Shown here: in pieces, positions 8,315-27,312 of the stretch | How the letters are laid out: every line of letters starts with the position of its first letter | Numbering within the stretch: position 1 is the first letter of the stretch | NCBI GenBank assembly: GCA_020249825.1 | Contig: JADCEX010000279.1 | Location: 680-64,679 of the forward strand | Length of the DNA: 64,000 nt | Direction of reading: 5' to 3' | Origin: Roseomonas sp. | GTDB lineage: Bacteria; Pseudomonadota; Alphaproteobacteria; Acetobacterales; Acetobacteraceae | Notes under the pieces: generated by a model | What the model saw: only the letters and a program-made list of their open reading frames with translations | The model's database searches: none | Told to the model about the DNA's origin: nothing | Position numbers and translations under genes: made by a program

Positions 8315-10111
8315 TCAGGGGCCCGAGGCTGGCGCGCGCGCCGCTTGGCGTACGGTGGCTGACATGCGTGCCGCATCGGCAAAAGGCAGCGGCACATAGC
8401 GCGCGCCCATGGCAGAGGCGAGGTCTCGTGAAAAAGGCTGCGGCCGTGGCGCCGTATCAATCAGCAGCGCAGCAATGCCAGAAGCCCTGAACAAGCGGGC
8501 CGATTCAAGCGCTTCCGATTCCGCCACAGCGCGCCCGCCCAAACCATCACGCGTCACATTGGCGCGACCATCAGTCAGCGCAACAATCACCGGCGTCTGC
8601 CCACGCTTGCGGCTGGCTTCTGCCATTGCATAGCCAGCCACGATCCCAGCGGCGAGCGGTGTGCCCCCGCCCCCTGGCAAGGCAGCCAGGCTGCGCTTGG
8701 CGCGCACCAGGGAATGAGTTGGTTCAAGCAATACTTCCGCGCCACGGCCACGGAAGGCAATCACCGCAACACGATCACGGCGCACATAACAATCCGCGAG
8801 CAGCAATTCCACCGCGCCCTTGGCTTCCGCTAGCCGATGCAAGGCCGCAGACCCTGACGCATCCACCAAAAATATCGTGGTGGTTTCGCTGTTCTGCTTA
8901 TAGCGGCGGATGCGCACATCTTCCCTTCTGATATGCACAAGGGCCGCGTGATGCGGCTTTTCACGCCGGCGATATTCCTGCCAGGGCGCGGCGACACGCA
9001 GCGTTTCCACCAAGGCCAAACGCAACCCCGCACGCCATGCCGCCGGGCGCGCGCCAATCGGCCGGCCACGCTGCGCTGAACGGCGCATCATGCCGGATCT
9101 GCCAGAAGCAGCCGCCTGCCGCGCCATTTGCCCTGCCGCAACACCAAGCCCCGCAAGCAACCCCGCCGGAAGGCTCGCCTGCGCCGCCGCAAGCACCAGG
9201 TCTTCCAGAGATGGCTGTTCTTCCGGCTGTTGCGTCTCAGCATCGGAAGATTCTTGCTGTTGCTCGGGCGGTTGTTCCGGTTCTTCAGCGGGTGCTTCAG
9301 GTACTTGCCGTGCGCGCGGTGCCAGGATGAGTTGCGCAGCAAGCGCAGCATCTTCGTGCGTTACTTCCATGCGCCCCGCAAGGGCTGCGGCAGCACGTGC
9401 GCAACGCAGCGCAAAAACAGGCGCCCGCAAGGATGGGATGCCAAGCGCCGAGGCCGCCGCGCAAAAGGCTTGCGGCAGATCAGCCGGTATCCTCACCTGC
9501 GTGAGGCGCCGCCGCGCTGCCTCAATCTCCACACGCGTCGGCATGACAGGCGCTGCGCGCTGCAAGGCGGCCGGGTCAAACTCGATCCGGAAAGCCAGGC
9601 GATCTGAAAGTGCTTCGGTCACCTGCTCGTCATCGCCCACACCATCATCAAGGGCAATGACACCAAATTGCGTCGCGCGCGCCATGGAAATACCCTCACG
9701 CGCGATCTGCAATACGCCGCTATCCAGCACCGCGGCGATGCGCGCAATCAATTGGCTTTCCACGCGTTCAGCCATGGGCAGAATGATCATGCCGCCATCC
9801 GCTTCAGCCAGCAGGCCAGCTTGCGCAATGGGTCGTCCGGCACTCAGGCTTGCAGCGAGATCAAGCCCACCCAGCAGGCGGCCATCGCCGATGCCCAAGG
9901 GCACGCGCCGCCAGGGCACACCGGCCGGCAGAAGCTTGCGCAAGGCATCAAGCCATTCATCCCGCTTTGGATCAGCAGGCCCGCGCAGCACGGCGCCCGC
10001 AAGACCCGCAGGATCAATTGCCAGCAGCGCCGCCACCCGCGACGCAGCACTCTCCATCCGCGCATCTTCACTGCGTTTTGCATCGACGCTTCTGGAGGCC
10101 AGACCGCTCAT
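8315..10111 (-). CDS. bchD: magnesium chelatase subunit D
   Basis: LLGGLDLAASL AAA-like region, acidic/Pro linker, vWA motif DASGSAALHRLAEAKGAVELLLADCYVRRD; start uncertain. Confidence 0.93.
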   Translation of the reverse strand: MSGLASRSVDAKRSEDARMESAASRVAALLAIDPAGLAGAVLRGPADPKRDEWLDALRKLLPAGVPWRRVPLGIGDGRLLGGLDLAASLSAGRPIAQAGLLAEADGGMIILPMAERVESQLIARIAAVLDSGVLQIAREGISMARATQFGVIALDDGVGDDEQVTEALSDRLAFRIEFDPAALQRAAPVMPTRVEIEAARRRLTQVRIPADLPQAFCAAASALGIPSLRAPVFALRCARAAAALAGRMEVTHEDAALAAQLILAPRARQVPEAPAEEPEQPPEQQQESSDAETQQPEEQPSLEDLVLAAAQASLPAGLLAGLGVAAGQMARQAAASGRSGMMRRSAQRGRPIGARPAAWRAGLRLALVETLRVAAPWQEYRRREKPHHAALVHIRREDVRIRRYKQNSETTTIFLVDASGSAALHRLAEAKGAVELLLADCYVRRDRVAVIAFRGRGAEVLLEPTHSLVRAKRSLAALPGGGGTPLAAGIVAGYAMAEASRKRGQTPVIVALTDGRANVTRDGLGGRAVAESEALESARLFRASGIAALLIDTAPRPQPFSRDLASAMGARYVPLPFADAARMSATVRQAARAPASGP

Positions 10112-10136
10112 CCCATGGGGCTCCGGCGCTGCATCC

Positions 10137-11282
10137 TCATGCCCCGAAAACGTCTTCGAGTGCCTTTTCGACACGCGTTGTCGCGACGGTTTCATCAAGG
10201 GGGTTCCGCCGCAGCCGATGCCGCAGCGCGGAAGCCGCAACGCTCCGCAGATGCACCGTTCTCACTTCCAAATCGCCGTCAAGCGCTGCCAGCGCGCGTG
10301 CTGCGCGCACCAGGGTCAATTCACCACGCAAGCCATCCGTACCGAGCGCCATGCAAAGCGTGGCGGCCTGTTCAATCGTACCAAGGGGCAAGGTGACTGA
10401 ACTCAACCGCTTGCGCCCGGCCAGGATTGTCTCACGCGTGCGCGCCTCCTCCTTCGCCCATTGTTTCATGAAGCCAGGGGCATCCCGGTCATAGGCATCA
10501 CGCCGGCAGACAACTTCAACACGGCTGGCAAGATCCTTTGGTGTTGAAACTTCAACCGAAAGCCCAAAGCGATCCAGCAATTGCGGGCGCAATTCCCCTT
10601 CTTCAGGGTTACCGCTTCCTATAAGCACAAAGCGCGCCGGATGACGCAGGCTGATGCCTTCCCGCTCCACGACATTCTCACCCGATGCCGCGACATCCAG
10701 CAGAAGATCAACCAGATGATCCTCAAGCAGGTTCACCTCATCGATATAGAGGAAACCGCGATGCGCAGCGGCAAGCAGCCCGGGCTCGAAAGCCTTCACG
10801 CCCTGCGCCAAAGCCCTTTCGATATCAAGCGCACCCGCCAGACGATCTTCCGTTGTACCAAGCGGCAAATCGACCACGGGCACTGGAACCATGCGCTTTT
10901 CCGGTTTCCTGCCCTTTGGCAGGGCACTGCAGTGCGAACAGGATGCAAGCGGTGCCGCCGGATCGCAGGCAAAAGGACAGCCAGCAACCACTGCCATTTC
11001 CGGCAATAGCGCGGCAAGAGAACGCACCGCTGTGGATTTGCCAGTACCGCGATCCCCAAACACCAGCACACCACCAATGCTTGGATCAACGGCCGCAATC
11101 ATCAGCGCCCGCTTCATCTCATCCTGGCCCACAATCGCGCTGAAGGGATAGGCGGGGCGGATGGGCGAAGCGACGGCCTTGCTGATTTTCCCTCCGCTTG
11201 GGCGTTGCGCCGTTCGGCGAGAGAGTTGCGCTTCCGGCCCGGACCTATTGGCCGGCCGGAAACCTGCTACCGCGCCATCCAT
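10137..11282 (-). CDS. bchI: magnesium chelatase subunit I
   Basis: YPFSAIVGQDEMK, GDRGTGKST Walker A, FLYIDEVNLL, RPQLLDRFG; ATG at 11282 overlaps the hemA stop (TGATG), start uncertain. Confidence 0.95.
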   Translation of the reverse strand: MDGAVAGFRPANRSGPEAQLSRRTAQRPSGGKISKAVASPIRPAYPFSAIVGQDEMKRALMIAAVDPSIGGVLVFGDRGTGKSTAVRSLAALLPEMAVVAGCPFACDPAAPLASCSHCSALPKGRKPEKRMVPVPVVDLPLGTTEDRLAGALDIERALAQGVKAFEPGLLAAAHRGFLYIDEVNLLEDHLVDLLLDVAASGENVVEREGISLRHPARFVLIGSGNPEEGELRPQLLDRFGLSVEVSTPKDLASRVEVVCRRDAYDRDAPGFMKQWAKEEARTRETILAGRKRLSSVTLPLGTIEQAATLCMALGTDGLRGELTLVRAARALAALDGDLEVRTVHLRSVAASALRHRLRRNPLDETVATTRVEKALEDVFGA

Positions 11283-12493
11283 CACGCAGCCCGCCGCAAC
11301 CGAAACTGCGCCCAAACCCGTTCCAGCGATTCAACCAAATGATCCATATCCGTATCGGTATGGACAGGCGATGGCGTAATACGCAGCCTTTCCGTACCGC
11401 GCGGCACGGTTGGATAATTGATGGGCTGCACATAGATGCCATGCTCATCAAGCAAGGTATCACTGAGCTTTTTGCAAAGTGTCGGATCACCCACCATCAC
11501 CGGAACAATATGGCTGAGGTTGTCAAGATGCGGCACTCCAACCGCGTTCAAACGCTGCCGGAGCGTCGCGGCGCGTTCATGCAAGCGTTCCCGTTCAAGA
11601 TTGCTCTGACGCAAATGCCGTATCGCAGCGCGCGCACCCGCTGCAATCGCCGGCGGCAACGCCGTTGAGAAAATGAAACCGGAGGCGAAGGACCGCACAA
11701 AATCACACATGGCAGCACTACCGGCGATGTAGCCGCCGATGACGCCGAACGCCTTGGCGAGCGTGCCTTCAATCACCGTCACACGATCCGCAACACCATC
11801 GCGTTCCGTAATGCCGCCGCCGCTTTGCCCATACAGCCCAACCGCATGCACTTCATCGCAATAGGTCATGGCACCATGCGCATCGGCCACATCACAGATA
11901 TCGCTGATGGGCGCGATGTCGCCATCCATGGAATAGACGCTTTCGAAAGCAACCAGTTTCGGCGCTGATTTCGGGAGCTCTGCCAGAACACGCTGCAAAT
12001 CGGCGACGTCATTGTGCTTGAAGAGAACTCGCTTGGCCTTGCTGTGGCGCATGCCTTCAATCATGGAGGCGTGGTTCATCTCATCGGAAATGATGATGCA
12101 TCCCGGAAGCTTCGACCCAAGTGTGGAAAGCGACGCCCAATTGGACATATAGCCGGAATTGAACAGCAAAGCCGATTCACGCCCGTGAAGCGCCGCCAGA
12201 TCACGTTCCAGCAACACATGTTCATGGTTGGTGCCTGAGATATTGCGCGTACCGCCAGCACCTGCACCGCAACGATCCAGCGCTTCATGCATGGCATCCA
12301 GCACATCAGGATGCTGGCCCATGCCAAGATAGTCATTGGAACACCAAACCGTCACCTCACCACGCACACCCTTGTCATGGCGCGTCGCGCGAGGAAATTC
12401 ACCACGACGGCGTTCCAAATCGGCGAAGACACGGTATCTGCCCTCACGACGAAGGCTCTCAAGCTGCCCCTGGAAAAATTCCTCATAATTCAT
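11282..12493 (-). CDS. hemA: 5-aminolevulinate synthase
   Basis: [50 protein letters not shown] (PLP Lys), [11 protein letters not shown]. Confidence 0.97.
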   Translation of the reverse strand: MNYEEFFQGQLESLRREGRYRVFADLERRRGEFPRATRHDKGVRGEVTVWCSNDYLGMGQHPDVLDAMHEALDRCGAGAGGTRNISGTNHEHVLLERDLAALHGRESALLFNSGYMSNWASLSTLGSKLPGCIIISDEMNHASMIEGMRHSKAKRVLFKHNDVADLQRVLAELPKSAPKLVAFESVYSMDGDIAPISDICDVADAHGAMTYCDEVHAVGLYGQSGGGITERDGVADRVTVIEGTLAKAFGVIGGYIAGSAAMCDFVRSFASGFIFSTALPPAIAAGARAAIRHLRQSNLERERLHERAATLRQRLNAVGVPHLDNLSHIVPVMVGDPTLCKKLSDTLLDEHGIYVQPINYPTVPRGTERLRITPSPVHTDTDMDHLVESLERVWAQFRLRRAA

Positions 12494-12608
12494 GTCACAT
12501 TCTCCTTGCCCAGAATGACTTTCCAGGTCTTGCGATTGTGCGCAGGTCGCTTCCGGTATGACTGCCCGGGAAAAGGCCCCACGCCATGCCTTTGGTCGTG
12601 ATTTTTTC

Positions 12609-13667
12609 TCATGCGCCGTACCTCAGCGCGTAATTCTCAAACTCTGAGCGAATGCCGTGCATATCCAATAGCCGTCCGGTCACGATGAAACCGGTCCGCT
12701 TCGCTTCTGAAGCCGTTTCGCGGTGCAGGTGCATGACCCCATTCGCGAAATCCAGCGCAAGCCAACCATCGGATGATCGTATCGAACCCTTCAGGCTTTC
12801 GACAGAACCAAAAGCCCCAGCCGAGATTCGCAGCAAAAGCGCATTCAAGGGACGTGTGTCGAAAGGACCACTTCTGTCGGTAGACCAGGTTCCTGTCTGT
12901 GCCGGCGAATCCTTATCGCGCAGGCCCCAACGCCACAGCGTTTCAATGGGCAAGGGCAACATCAGAAACCAATGCTCAATCACAGCGAGCGAAGCGATGG
13001 TCGCAATCAGCATGAAGCCGGCCGCTTGATGCGCATCCGCACCATCCGCAAAGGCCTTGTGAAACAGCCAGGCGCTCAAGAGCGTGCCGAGCGTGATCGA
13101 GAAGGGAAACAGCGCATTCATCGGCCGATGGGCGAAATAGCTGCTCATGTAGCGAAGATGCGCAGGCAGCATCGTCTCGCCCGTATTCCGCACACCCAGA
13201 TACAGGTTGAGCTTTGCGCTAAGCCGCATGAGCCACAGAATGCCATAAGTCATCAGACCGATGCGGTTGGGACCCTGCGCGAAAGCGATGATCAACAGGA
13301 AGCCCAGCGCAAGAATGAATATCTCATGCCAAAGTACGACACGCGTTGCGGACCAGAAGCGTTGCAGACCAGTAAGATCAGATGACAATGCCTTGCGATT
13401 GGGGCCCGTGATCAGCCCCCCCAGGAAACTGATCTCCACCGCGCCCCAAATTGCCAAGGCCGCCAGGAAGGAAAGATAGGCGCCAGCAGCGCTCACCTCC
13501 TCAGCTGTGAGATGCAGCGTGAGGAGGCCGCCAATAAGCAAGACACCAGCGGCAGCAGCAAGTGCCATGCGCCGCGCCGCGAGTGTCGTGACCGCAAAAA
13601 GAATGGCACCCGTCGTCAGCCACCAAAGGAAGATGGCAATCAGGGCGGCGGTCATGCTTTCTGGCAT
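12609..13667 (-). CDS. puhE: photosynthetic complex assembly protein PuhE (DUF3623) with a C-terminal soluble extension
   Basis: [36 protein letters not shown]; located after acsF; about 95 extra C-terminal aa. Confidence 0.88.
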   Translation of the reverse strand: MPESMTAALIAIFLWWLTTGAILFAVTTLAARRMALAAAAGVLLIGGLLTLHLTAEEVSAAGAYLSFLAALAIWGAVEISFLGGLITGPNRKALSSDLTGLQRFWSATRVVLWHEIFILALGFLLIIAFAQGPNRIGLMTYGILWLMRLSAKLNLYLGVRNTGETMLPAHLRYMSSYFAHRPMNALFPFSITLGTLLSAWLFHKAFADGADAHQAAGFMLIATIASLAVIEHWFLMLPLPIETLWRWGLRDKDSPAQTGTWSTDRSGPFDTRPLNALLLRISAGAFGSVESLKGSIRSSDGWLALDFANGVMHLHRETASEAKRTGFIVTGRLLDMHGIRSEFENYALRYGA

Positions 13668-13676
13668 GGCGCGCTG

Positions 13677-14753
13677 CTACCAAACGGGCGAAAGGCGAAT
13701 TTCGGCTGGCAACGGATGCTTCTTTGGCCGGCGGAAAAACAGCTTGGCAAAGACCGTCGCCGCAGAAACGCTGAGACCGATCTCACGCAACCTACCGCCA
13801 ATGCCGCCCTGCCGGCGCGCATCGCTCATTTTCTCCGATATCTGCAATAGCCGATCCATGTCTTCCATGAAGCCAGGCCCATCAACATCCAAGGTTACGG
13901 GGAATACCTGGCGGCAAATCTCCTCCGTAATCTTGAACACCTGCCGGTCATATTCGGTGGGCGTCATGCCAAGCGCCTTGTGGAATTCCGGCCGGCCATG
14001 ATCACGCACATACATGGTGGCGAAAACCGCAAGCTGGAAGAAACGGCACCAAAGCGCATTCACACCGGTAAGCAGCTTCGGATTGGCGCGCATCAGCAGC
14101 GCGAAGGCCTCACCATGGCGGAATTCATCATTGCACCATTTTTCGAACCACTGGAAAATTGGATGAAAGCGCAATTCCGGGTGGCGTTCGAATTGGCGGA
14201 AGATGGTGATGTAGCGGGCATACCCGATCTTCTCGCTCAAATAAGTGGCATAGAAGATGAATTTCGGCTGGAAGTAATGGTACTTCTTCGCGCGTGTCAG
14301 AAAGCCCAGATCAACGCCAATCCCCAGATCCTTCAGCGCATCATTGATAAAGCCGGCATGGCGGCTTTCATCGCGTGCCATGACAGAAAACAATTCGCGC
14401 ATATCCGGGTTGGTCACGCGCTTCTTGATTTCGGCATAAAGCACACAGCCGGAAAATTCGGCGGTCACGCTGCTGACCAGAAAATCTACCAATTCCTTCT
14501 GCAAACCCTCTGGCAGATCATCGAGCTTGAAGGCATCGAATTGCTCATCACGGACGAAATGGCCCTTATTCGGGTCACGATGGAATTCTTCCATCAGCCG
14601 ATCCCATTCGGCGCGCACCGGTTCCACATCGATCGCGTCCATTGCCGCGAAATCCGTGGTGTAAAAGCGCGGCGACAGGACTGTTTCGGTCAGCGCAAGC
14701 TCGGTCGTCTCACGCGAGAGCTTGTCCCGCATGGAGTGGGTTACGGCGTTCAT
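13677..14753 (-). CDS. acsF: aerobic Mg-protoporphyrin IX monomethyl ester oxidative cyclase
   Basis: [53 protein letters not shown] di-iron motifs. Confidence 0.97.
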   Translation of the reverse strand: MNAVTHSMRDKLSRETTELALTETVLSPRFYTTDFAAMDAIDVEPVRAEWDRLMEEFHRDPNKGHFVRDEQFDAFKLDDLPEGLQKELVDFLVSSVTAEFSGCVLYAEIKKRVTNPDMRELFSVMARDESRHAGFINDALKDLGIGVDLGFLTRAKKYHYFQPKFIFYATYLSEKIGYARYITIFRQFERHPELRFHPIFQWFEKWCNDEFRHGEAFALLMRANPKLLTGVNALWCRFFQLAVFATMYVRDHGRPEFHKALGMTPTEYDRQVFKITEEICRQVFPVTLDVDGPGFMEDMDRLLQISEKMSDARRQGGIGGRLREIGLSVSAATVFAKLFFRRPKKHPLPAEIRLSPVW

Positions 14754-15055
14754 GCAGCCTCCTTCGGCTCAAAGCCCACATGATAGAGCTCGGTCAACTC
14801 AAGAATGGAACGAAACTGCGTCCAATGCCTGCGGAAAAAGCCCGCGCGGATAATGGTGGCCGAGGTTTCGAAGCTGTATTTCTCACCAAAGGCCACCTGC
14901 GCCGGTGCGCCATGGACAATCACCTGATCACCGGGACGCAGCACCACATCTTCAGGCACGGCATAGGCATGGAAACTATCGAAGCTGCGTTCGATTTCGA
15001 CGGTACAGGGCACATCAAAGCGCCGGCCCCGCCGGCTGTTGCTTTCTTGGTTCAT
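14750..15055 (-). CDS. conserved small PGC protein found between puhC and acsF
   Basis: [35 protein letters not shown]; ATGA overlaps with both neighbours. Confidence 0.75.
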   Translation of the reverse strand: MNQESNSRRGRRFDVPCTVEIERSFDSFHAYAVPEDVVLRPGDQVIVHGAPAQVAFGEKYSFETSATIIRAGFFRRHWTQFRSILELTELYHVGFEPKEAA

Positions 15056-15510
15056 TTGCCTTCCTCGTTTTTCTTGAACAATATTTCCGCAAAACTCTGC
15101 AGATTTGTCGCACCAAAGGCGCGCAAATCCGTCCAACGACCACTTGCCGGGTCTTCAAGAATGATGGCGCCGCCCTGCAACGCCGCAAGCCGCAAGGGGC
15201 TTTCCGCACCGGGATTTTCCAAGCGCCTTTCGCGTATGAACCCGCGCAGCGCCCCGCGCACAAAGCCACCCTCACCAGGTTGAATTTCACCAATCAACTG
15301 GCCGGTGGCCGCATCGCGGATCGAAATGCCACCATCGATCCGGTCGCTAAAAAGAATCTTGCGCGCGAAGATCGCTTCATGCGGCTGATAGCGGGCCTGC
15401 TGGCCTTCGCCCGGATTCAACAGGACCAATGCAAGAACGCCGGCCAGCACCACCCCGAGCCCATAGCCCATATAGTCCTTGCGTGCGCCTATGGCCTTGG
15501 CCTGCATCAT
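15052..15510 (-). CDS. puhC: photosynthetic complex assembly protein PuhC
   Basis: TM helix followed by FSDRIDGGISI, GEGGFVRGALRGFIRERR, LEDPASGRWTDLRAFGATN; start trimmed. Confidence 0.88.
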   Translation of the reverse strand: MMQAKAIGARKDYMGYGLGVVLAGVLALVLLNPGEGQQARYQPHEAIFARKILFSDRIDGGISIRDAATGQLIGEIQPGEGGFVRGALRGFIRERRLENPGAESPLRLAALQGGAIILEDPASGRWTDLRAFGATNLQSFAEILFKKNEEGK

Positions 15511-15517
15511 CCTTCCC

Positions 15518-16195
15518 CTATGCCATCGCCGTCGCGCCACCTGGCATTTCGGCTTCTGATGCATTCTGACCACGGCTGATGGCCGCACCGCCCGTATTGG
15601 CAACCGCTTCGCCCAAAATCCTGGCAACCCCCGCCGCATTCGCCACACCGCGGAGCATTGGCCTTGGCCGGCCAACACTCCATCCGGCGCAATGGGGCCA
15701 TAGGGCAATCCAGGAAATCCGATGGCTTGGGAGCAATTCCATCACGATATCGCCATGGCCATCTTTGCGATTCCGCAAACTCGCGCCCGCGATTGCCGCA
15801 AACGGGATATTGATGGTGATGGGCAAGGCGACGCCCACGCGCAGCACAAGGCGGCGTGAGGTGATCGAATAGACACTTGTCTTGGCCGTTACTTTGGCAA
15901 GCAGCGCCAGAATGCCAATTGCGACACTACCCACCAGCATCAAGATCGCTGCCGAGCCAATAGCCGTTATCATGGAATTGCCCTGCAGGGCGGCATTCAG
16001 CAAATCCCAGCTTGCAAGCAGCAGAAAGTAAGCCATGACCCAACGGATCAGGAAGACCCGTTGGGCAATTTCGGTCCAAGCCGGCGCCCCTTGCCACAGC
16101 AAAACCTCACCCGCCGGAAGCGCCTCCGGAAGGCCCGGTATTGGTTCTAGCCCGTGTTCGGTCAGGCGTGCGGGGCCTGGCTTGGTCACAGGCAT
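15518..16195 (-). CDS. puhB: photosynthetic complex assembly protein PuhB
   Basis: EPIPGLPEALPAGEVLLWQGAP, YSITSRRLVLRVGVALPITINIPF, LWPH. Confidence 0.92.
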   Translation of the reverse strand: MPVTKPGPARLTEHGLEPIPGLPEALPAGEVLLWQGAPAWTEIAQRVFLIRWVMAYFLLLASWDLLNAALQGNSMITAIGSAAILMLVGSVAIGILALLAKVTAKTSVYSITSRRLVLRVGVALPITINIPFAAIAGASLRNRKDGHGDIVMELLPSHRISWIALWPHCAGWSVGRPRPMLRGVANAAGVARILGEAVANTGGAAISRGQNASEAEMPGGATAMA

Positions 16196-16968
16196 GGCTC
16201 GCTGCGTTCAGGCGTGGCATAGAAGTGACCACCGCCGAAATAGGCGGAAATGCGATCTTCTTCGAGCAAGGTAATCTGCTCTGGCTTCGCAATGCCAGGT
16301 GCTGCAGCGAATTGCGCAGCGGTGACGGAAATCACCCGCGCCGTGCCATCATCGGTGAAGGTACAAAGGAACATCGGCACCAAAACGCGTCGCCCGTTGG
16401 AAAGTTCGGCTTCCAAATAGCGCAGGATATACTCCGAACGATCAACCCAAAGATCAACGGTCGTTGCAGCCACTTCACCATCCAAGGTGATGACAGGCTG
16501 ACCGCGCGGATCTGGATCTTCATGGGCAATATGCCAACCCGGCGCAGCGCGCAGCGGCACGATCTTCGGCTGATGATCATCAAACGCCAAATCAGGTTCA
16601 TCAGCCCTGTCGGCATAGGAAGCGGGGCCAACACCATCCTTCATCGCATCCCCAGTCGGCACGAATGCCGTACCGGGATAGGGAGCTTCTGGGATTAATT
16701 GAGCGCTGACATCGCGTTCTGGCCGCACGCCCTGCACAACAGTGGCACCTTCCGGATAATGCAACCGAAAGACCTTCGGCGGCGGTGTTTCCGGAAAGCC
16801 ATGCATGGTCGCGAAAGCCGGACGATCCGGCAGTTCGTTGATCATCGGATAGCCTTCGCGCTTGTTCTCTCGCGTCAGATAATAGATCAGGCCCGCGAAG
16901 AAGGCGAAGAAGATGTAGAGGGAAAGTGCAGCCGCATCGAGAAAGACCGGCGTTGCGGGTGTGGTCAT
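16186..16968 (-). CDS. puhA: photosynthetic reaction centre H subunit
   Basis: FFAGLIYYLTRENKREGYP, PTGDAMKDGVGPASYA, DPDPRG, DLWVDRSE, QITLLEEDRISAYFGGG. Confidence 0.96.
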   Translation of the reverse strand: MTTPATPVFLDAAALSLYIFFAFFAGLIYYLTRENKREGYPMINELPDRPAFATMHGFPETPPPKVFRLHYPEGATVVQGVRPERDVSAQLIPEAPYPGTAFVPTGDAMKDGVGPASYADRADEPDLAFDDHQPKIVPLRAAPGWHIAHEDPDPRGQPVITLDGEVAATTVDLWVDRSEYILRYLEAELSNGRRVLVPMFLCTFTDDGTARVISVTAAQFAAAPGIAKPEQITLLEEDRISAYFGGGHFYATPERSEPCL

Positions 16969-18424
16969 GGCAATGCTCCATGTTGGTTTTGCAGCCCGGC
17001 GAGTACCGGCCGGCCTGCATCACGTTGAGGTCCTGAGGAAACCGAATCATTGGCCCGCAGCAATGGGCCAACGACCGCAAGCATCATGAACAGCAGCATG
17101 ATTTCGACGATATAAACACCGACATACCCGGTGCTTGGCGCATCAAGCCCGGCACCAAGGACACCGGCCGAGGCGAGAGAGGAAATGACATCACGAATGA
17201 CGCCGCCAAGCGCGACAGCCAAACCGCCGGCGGTGGCTGTCACCGCGCCCCAAACACCAAGCGTCAGACCGATCTGACCTTCCGGTGCGGCCTGCATGCA
17301 GCCCGTCAGCGTTGCATGGGCAAAGAGCCCAGCCCCGAAGCCTATCGCCGCAGTTCCGGCTGCGAAGACAAGCGTGGATACAAGCGGTGCGGCAAAGATC
17401 ACCATTACGAAGCCCGAGATACCGACGATAGCGCCGGCACTGGCGACGCGTTGTGCATGCATCCCCCGCGCAAGCAACGGGGCGGCACGCAAAAAGCCCA
17501 AGACCGCGCCACTCGCGAAAAGCGCCGTCAAGCCAGTTGTCGCACCCACGCTGAGCGCAAGGATCTGCCCGCCATAGGGCTCCAGCAAAACATCCTGCAT
17601 GCCAAAGGCGGCTGTTCCCATTGCGGCCGCCAGCAAACGCCGATCCCATGGCCCAGCCCTGCGCAAGAGCTTGAGACTTTCACGAAAACCCGGATCACCC
17701 GGGGCGCGACCAACCGTCAGTTCCGGCCGTCTTGGTTCCTGTTTCCAGGCGGCGATCAGATTAATCACAAGGGTCGCCGCCGCCATGCCTTGCACAAGTT
17801 GGATCAGTTTGATCTGCGAGAAATCCGCAAGGAAGGCGCCAAAGGCAATTGCAGAAATCACCATGCCGATCAATTGCATCAGCGAAAGAATAGTAACGAC
17901 ATTCGGCTGCGCCTCTCGCGGCACAATATCAGTCGCCAAGGCAAGCCCGACAGTCTGCACCGTATGCATGCCCGCCCCCACCATGAGGAAGGCAAGCCCC
18001 GCAGCAAGCTGCGCCACCCAGGGCGGTGCCCAGGTGTCGCCGGAAAGGATGATCAGCGCAAAGGGCATCATCGCCAAGCCGCCGAATTGGATAATCGTGC
18101 CCAACCAAAGGTAAGGCACGCGTCGCCAGCCCAGCACGGAACGATGCGAGTCCGAACGAAACCCAATCAAGGCGCGCAAGGGTGCGAATAGGAGCGGCAG
18201 CGCCACCATGATGGCAACCAGGCTCGCCGCCACACCCATTTCCACAATCATGACGCGATTGAGCGTGCCAACCATCAGCACCGCCGTCATGCCGCAGGAA
18301 ATCTGAAACAGCGAAAGCCGCAACAGGCGCCTGATCGGCAAAGGACCGCTGCTGGCTTCGGCGAAGGGCAGCACATTCACGCTGATCCCTGTCCAAAGCC
18401 GTGCCAAGCGGTCATTCACCTCGC

Positions 18425-18428
<4 letters not shown>
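16965..18428 (-). CDS. lhaA: LH1 assembly protein LhaA (PucC/BCD family MFS)
   Basis: RLLRLSLFQIS, GTLNRVMIVE, GWRRVPY, MQDVLLEPYGG; between bchM and puhA. Confidence 0.92.
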
Positions 18429-23625
<5,197 letters not shown>

Positions 23626-23651
<26 letters not shown>

Positions 23652-25158
23652 CGTAAAGCGTCTCAAGGGTGATCACGGCAATGCCGCGTTCTTCGGCAAA
23701 GCGTTCGGTGTTGCGGCGTGCCTTGCCACGCACGAAAAAGGGGATCTTGCGCAATTCCGCCTCAGCTTCATGCGCCCAACTCGCGGGGCCGATATTCACC
23801 GGCAGGGCGGGTGTTTCAGCCTGCGGTCCATGGCCGAGATGAGACGGCGCGACACCATCACGGAATTCGAAATCCTCGCGGAACATGCCAAGCAGATGTT
23901 CCTCAAGCCCCATCATAAGCGGATGCACCCAGGTATCGAAGATGACATTGGCACCTTCAAAACCCATTTGCGGCGCATAGCGCGCGGGGAAATCCTGCAC
24001 ATGCACCGGCGCGGAAATCACGGCGCAGGGAACACCAAGCTTCTTGGCAATATGGCGTTCCATTTGCGTGCCGAGCACCAATTCGGGCTGCAGGGCAGCG
24101 ATACGTTCTTCGACTTCCAGATAATCATCGGAAATCAGCGCTTCAAAGCCATATTTCTCTGCGGCAGCGCGAATTTCGCGGCCAAATTCGCGGCTGTAAG
24201 TGCCAAGACCAACAACGGCAAAGCCCAATTCTTGCTGCGCGATGCGTGCCGCCGCAATCGCGTGCGTCGCGTCCCCAAAAATGAAGACGCGCTTCCCGGT
24301 CAGGTAATTCGAATCGACAGACCGCGCATACCAGGGCAGGCGCAGCGCATCGCCTCCATCAGCTTCGGGCGTCGGCAGCCCGGCAAGTGATGCGACTTCC
24401 GCCATGAAATCGCGTGTCGCACCCACGCCAATCGGCACAATGCGCGTAAAGGGCTGACCCAAATGACGCTGCAAATAACCAGCCGCTACCTGCGCGATCT
24501 CGGGGTAGAGAACAACATTGAAATCCGCCTCATGCAGGCGGGTCAAATCAGCAGGCGTGGCGCCCATCGGCGCTGTCACCACGACTTCCACGCCCATACC
24601 GTTCAGCAGTTTTGTGATTTCTGTGACATCATCGCGATGCCGAAAGCCAAGTGCTGTCGGCCCCAAAATATTGCAGCGCGGCGCACGGGCTGGATCGCGC
24701 GGTGCGCGGGGTTGCGCCGGCCCGGCAAAGGCGCGCACCAGGCGATAGAACGTCTCCGCCGCGCCCCAGTTTTCCTTGCGCTGATAGGCGGGCAATTCCA
24801 GTGGCACCACGGGCACCGGCAAGCCAAGTGTCTTTGCCAAACCGCCAGGATCATCCTGAATAAGCTCGGCGGTGCAGGAAGCGCCCACCAGCATGGCTTC
24901 GGGCTTGAAGCGCGCATAGGCATCACGCGCCGCTTCCATGAAAAGCTCGGCGGTATCGCCGCCCAGATCGCGCGCCTGGAAAGTGGTCCAAGTCACCGGC
25001 GGGCGCTTGCTGCGCCTTTCAATCATGGTGAAGAGAAGATCCGCATAGGTATCGCCCTGCGGCGCGTGCAGCACGTAATGCACACCCTGCATGGCAGTTG
25101 CGATGCGCATCGCCCCCACATGCGGCGGCCCTTCATAGGTCCAGACAGCAAGCTGCAT
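23626..25158 (-). CDS. bchB: light-independent protochlorophyllide reductase subunit B
   Basis: [34 protein letters not shown]_red C-terminus [15 protein letters not shown]. Confidence 0.97.
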
Positions 25159-25162
25159 GGCG

Positions 25163-27054
<1,892 letters not shown>

Positions 27055-27233
27055 TTCTTGACACTCCCGGAGACTGAGACGATTCGATTGACTCGGCTTG
27101 AGGCAGCGCCCATCACGCACCCCTTCTGGCCTTTTTTGGCGAGAATTCCTCGAATTACCGTGGCGTCCAGGGTCATTCGGACCCCCCTTCCCAGTCATCT
27201 GCGTCCTGAAACCTAATGGGGCTTGATAGGGAG

Positions 27234-27267
27234 TGTCAAGAAAGATTGACGTATTTTCTGATTGACA
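27234..27267. promoter_or_regulatory. overlapping imperfect PpsR boxes upstream of aerR
   Basis: TGTCAAGAAAGATTGACG (27234-27251) and CGTATTTTCTGATTGACA (27250-27267), one mismatch each, in the bchF/aerR divergent region. Confidence 0.65.
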
Positions 27268-27312
27268 TTAAGCGCCCGGGAGGATGAAGCTACCCGCATA
27301 AGGGGGTCTACT

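Noticed and set aside
9090-10400. Long plus-strand ORF (436 aa), and similar ones such as 21807-22943, 24463-25869, 40701-41981, 43825-45138 and 48751-49875
   Set aside because: Antisense shadows of well-recognised genes in high-GC DNA; no recognisable motifs.
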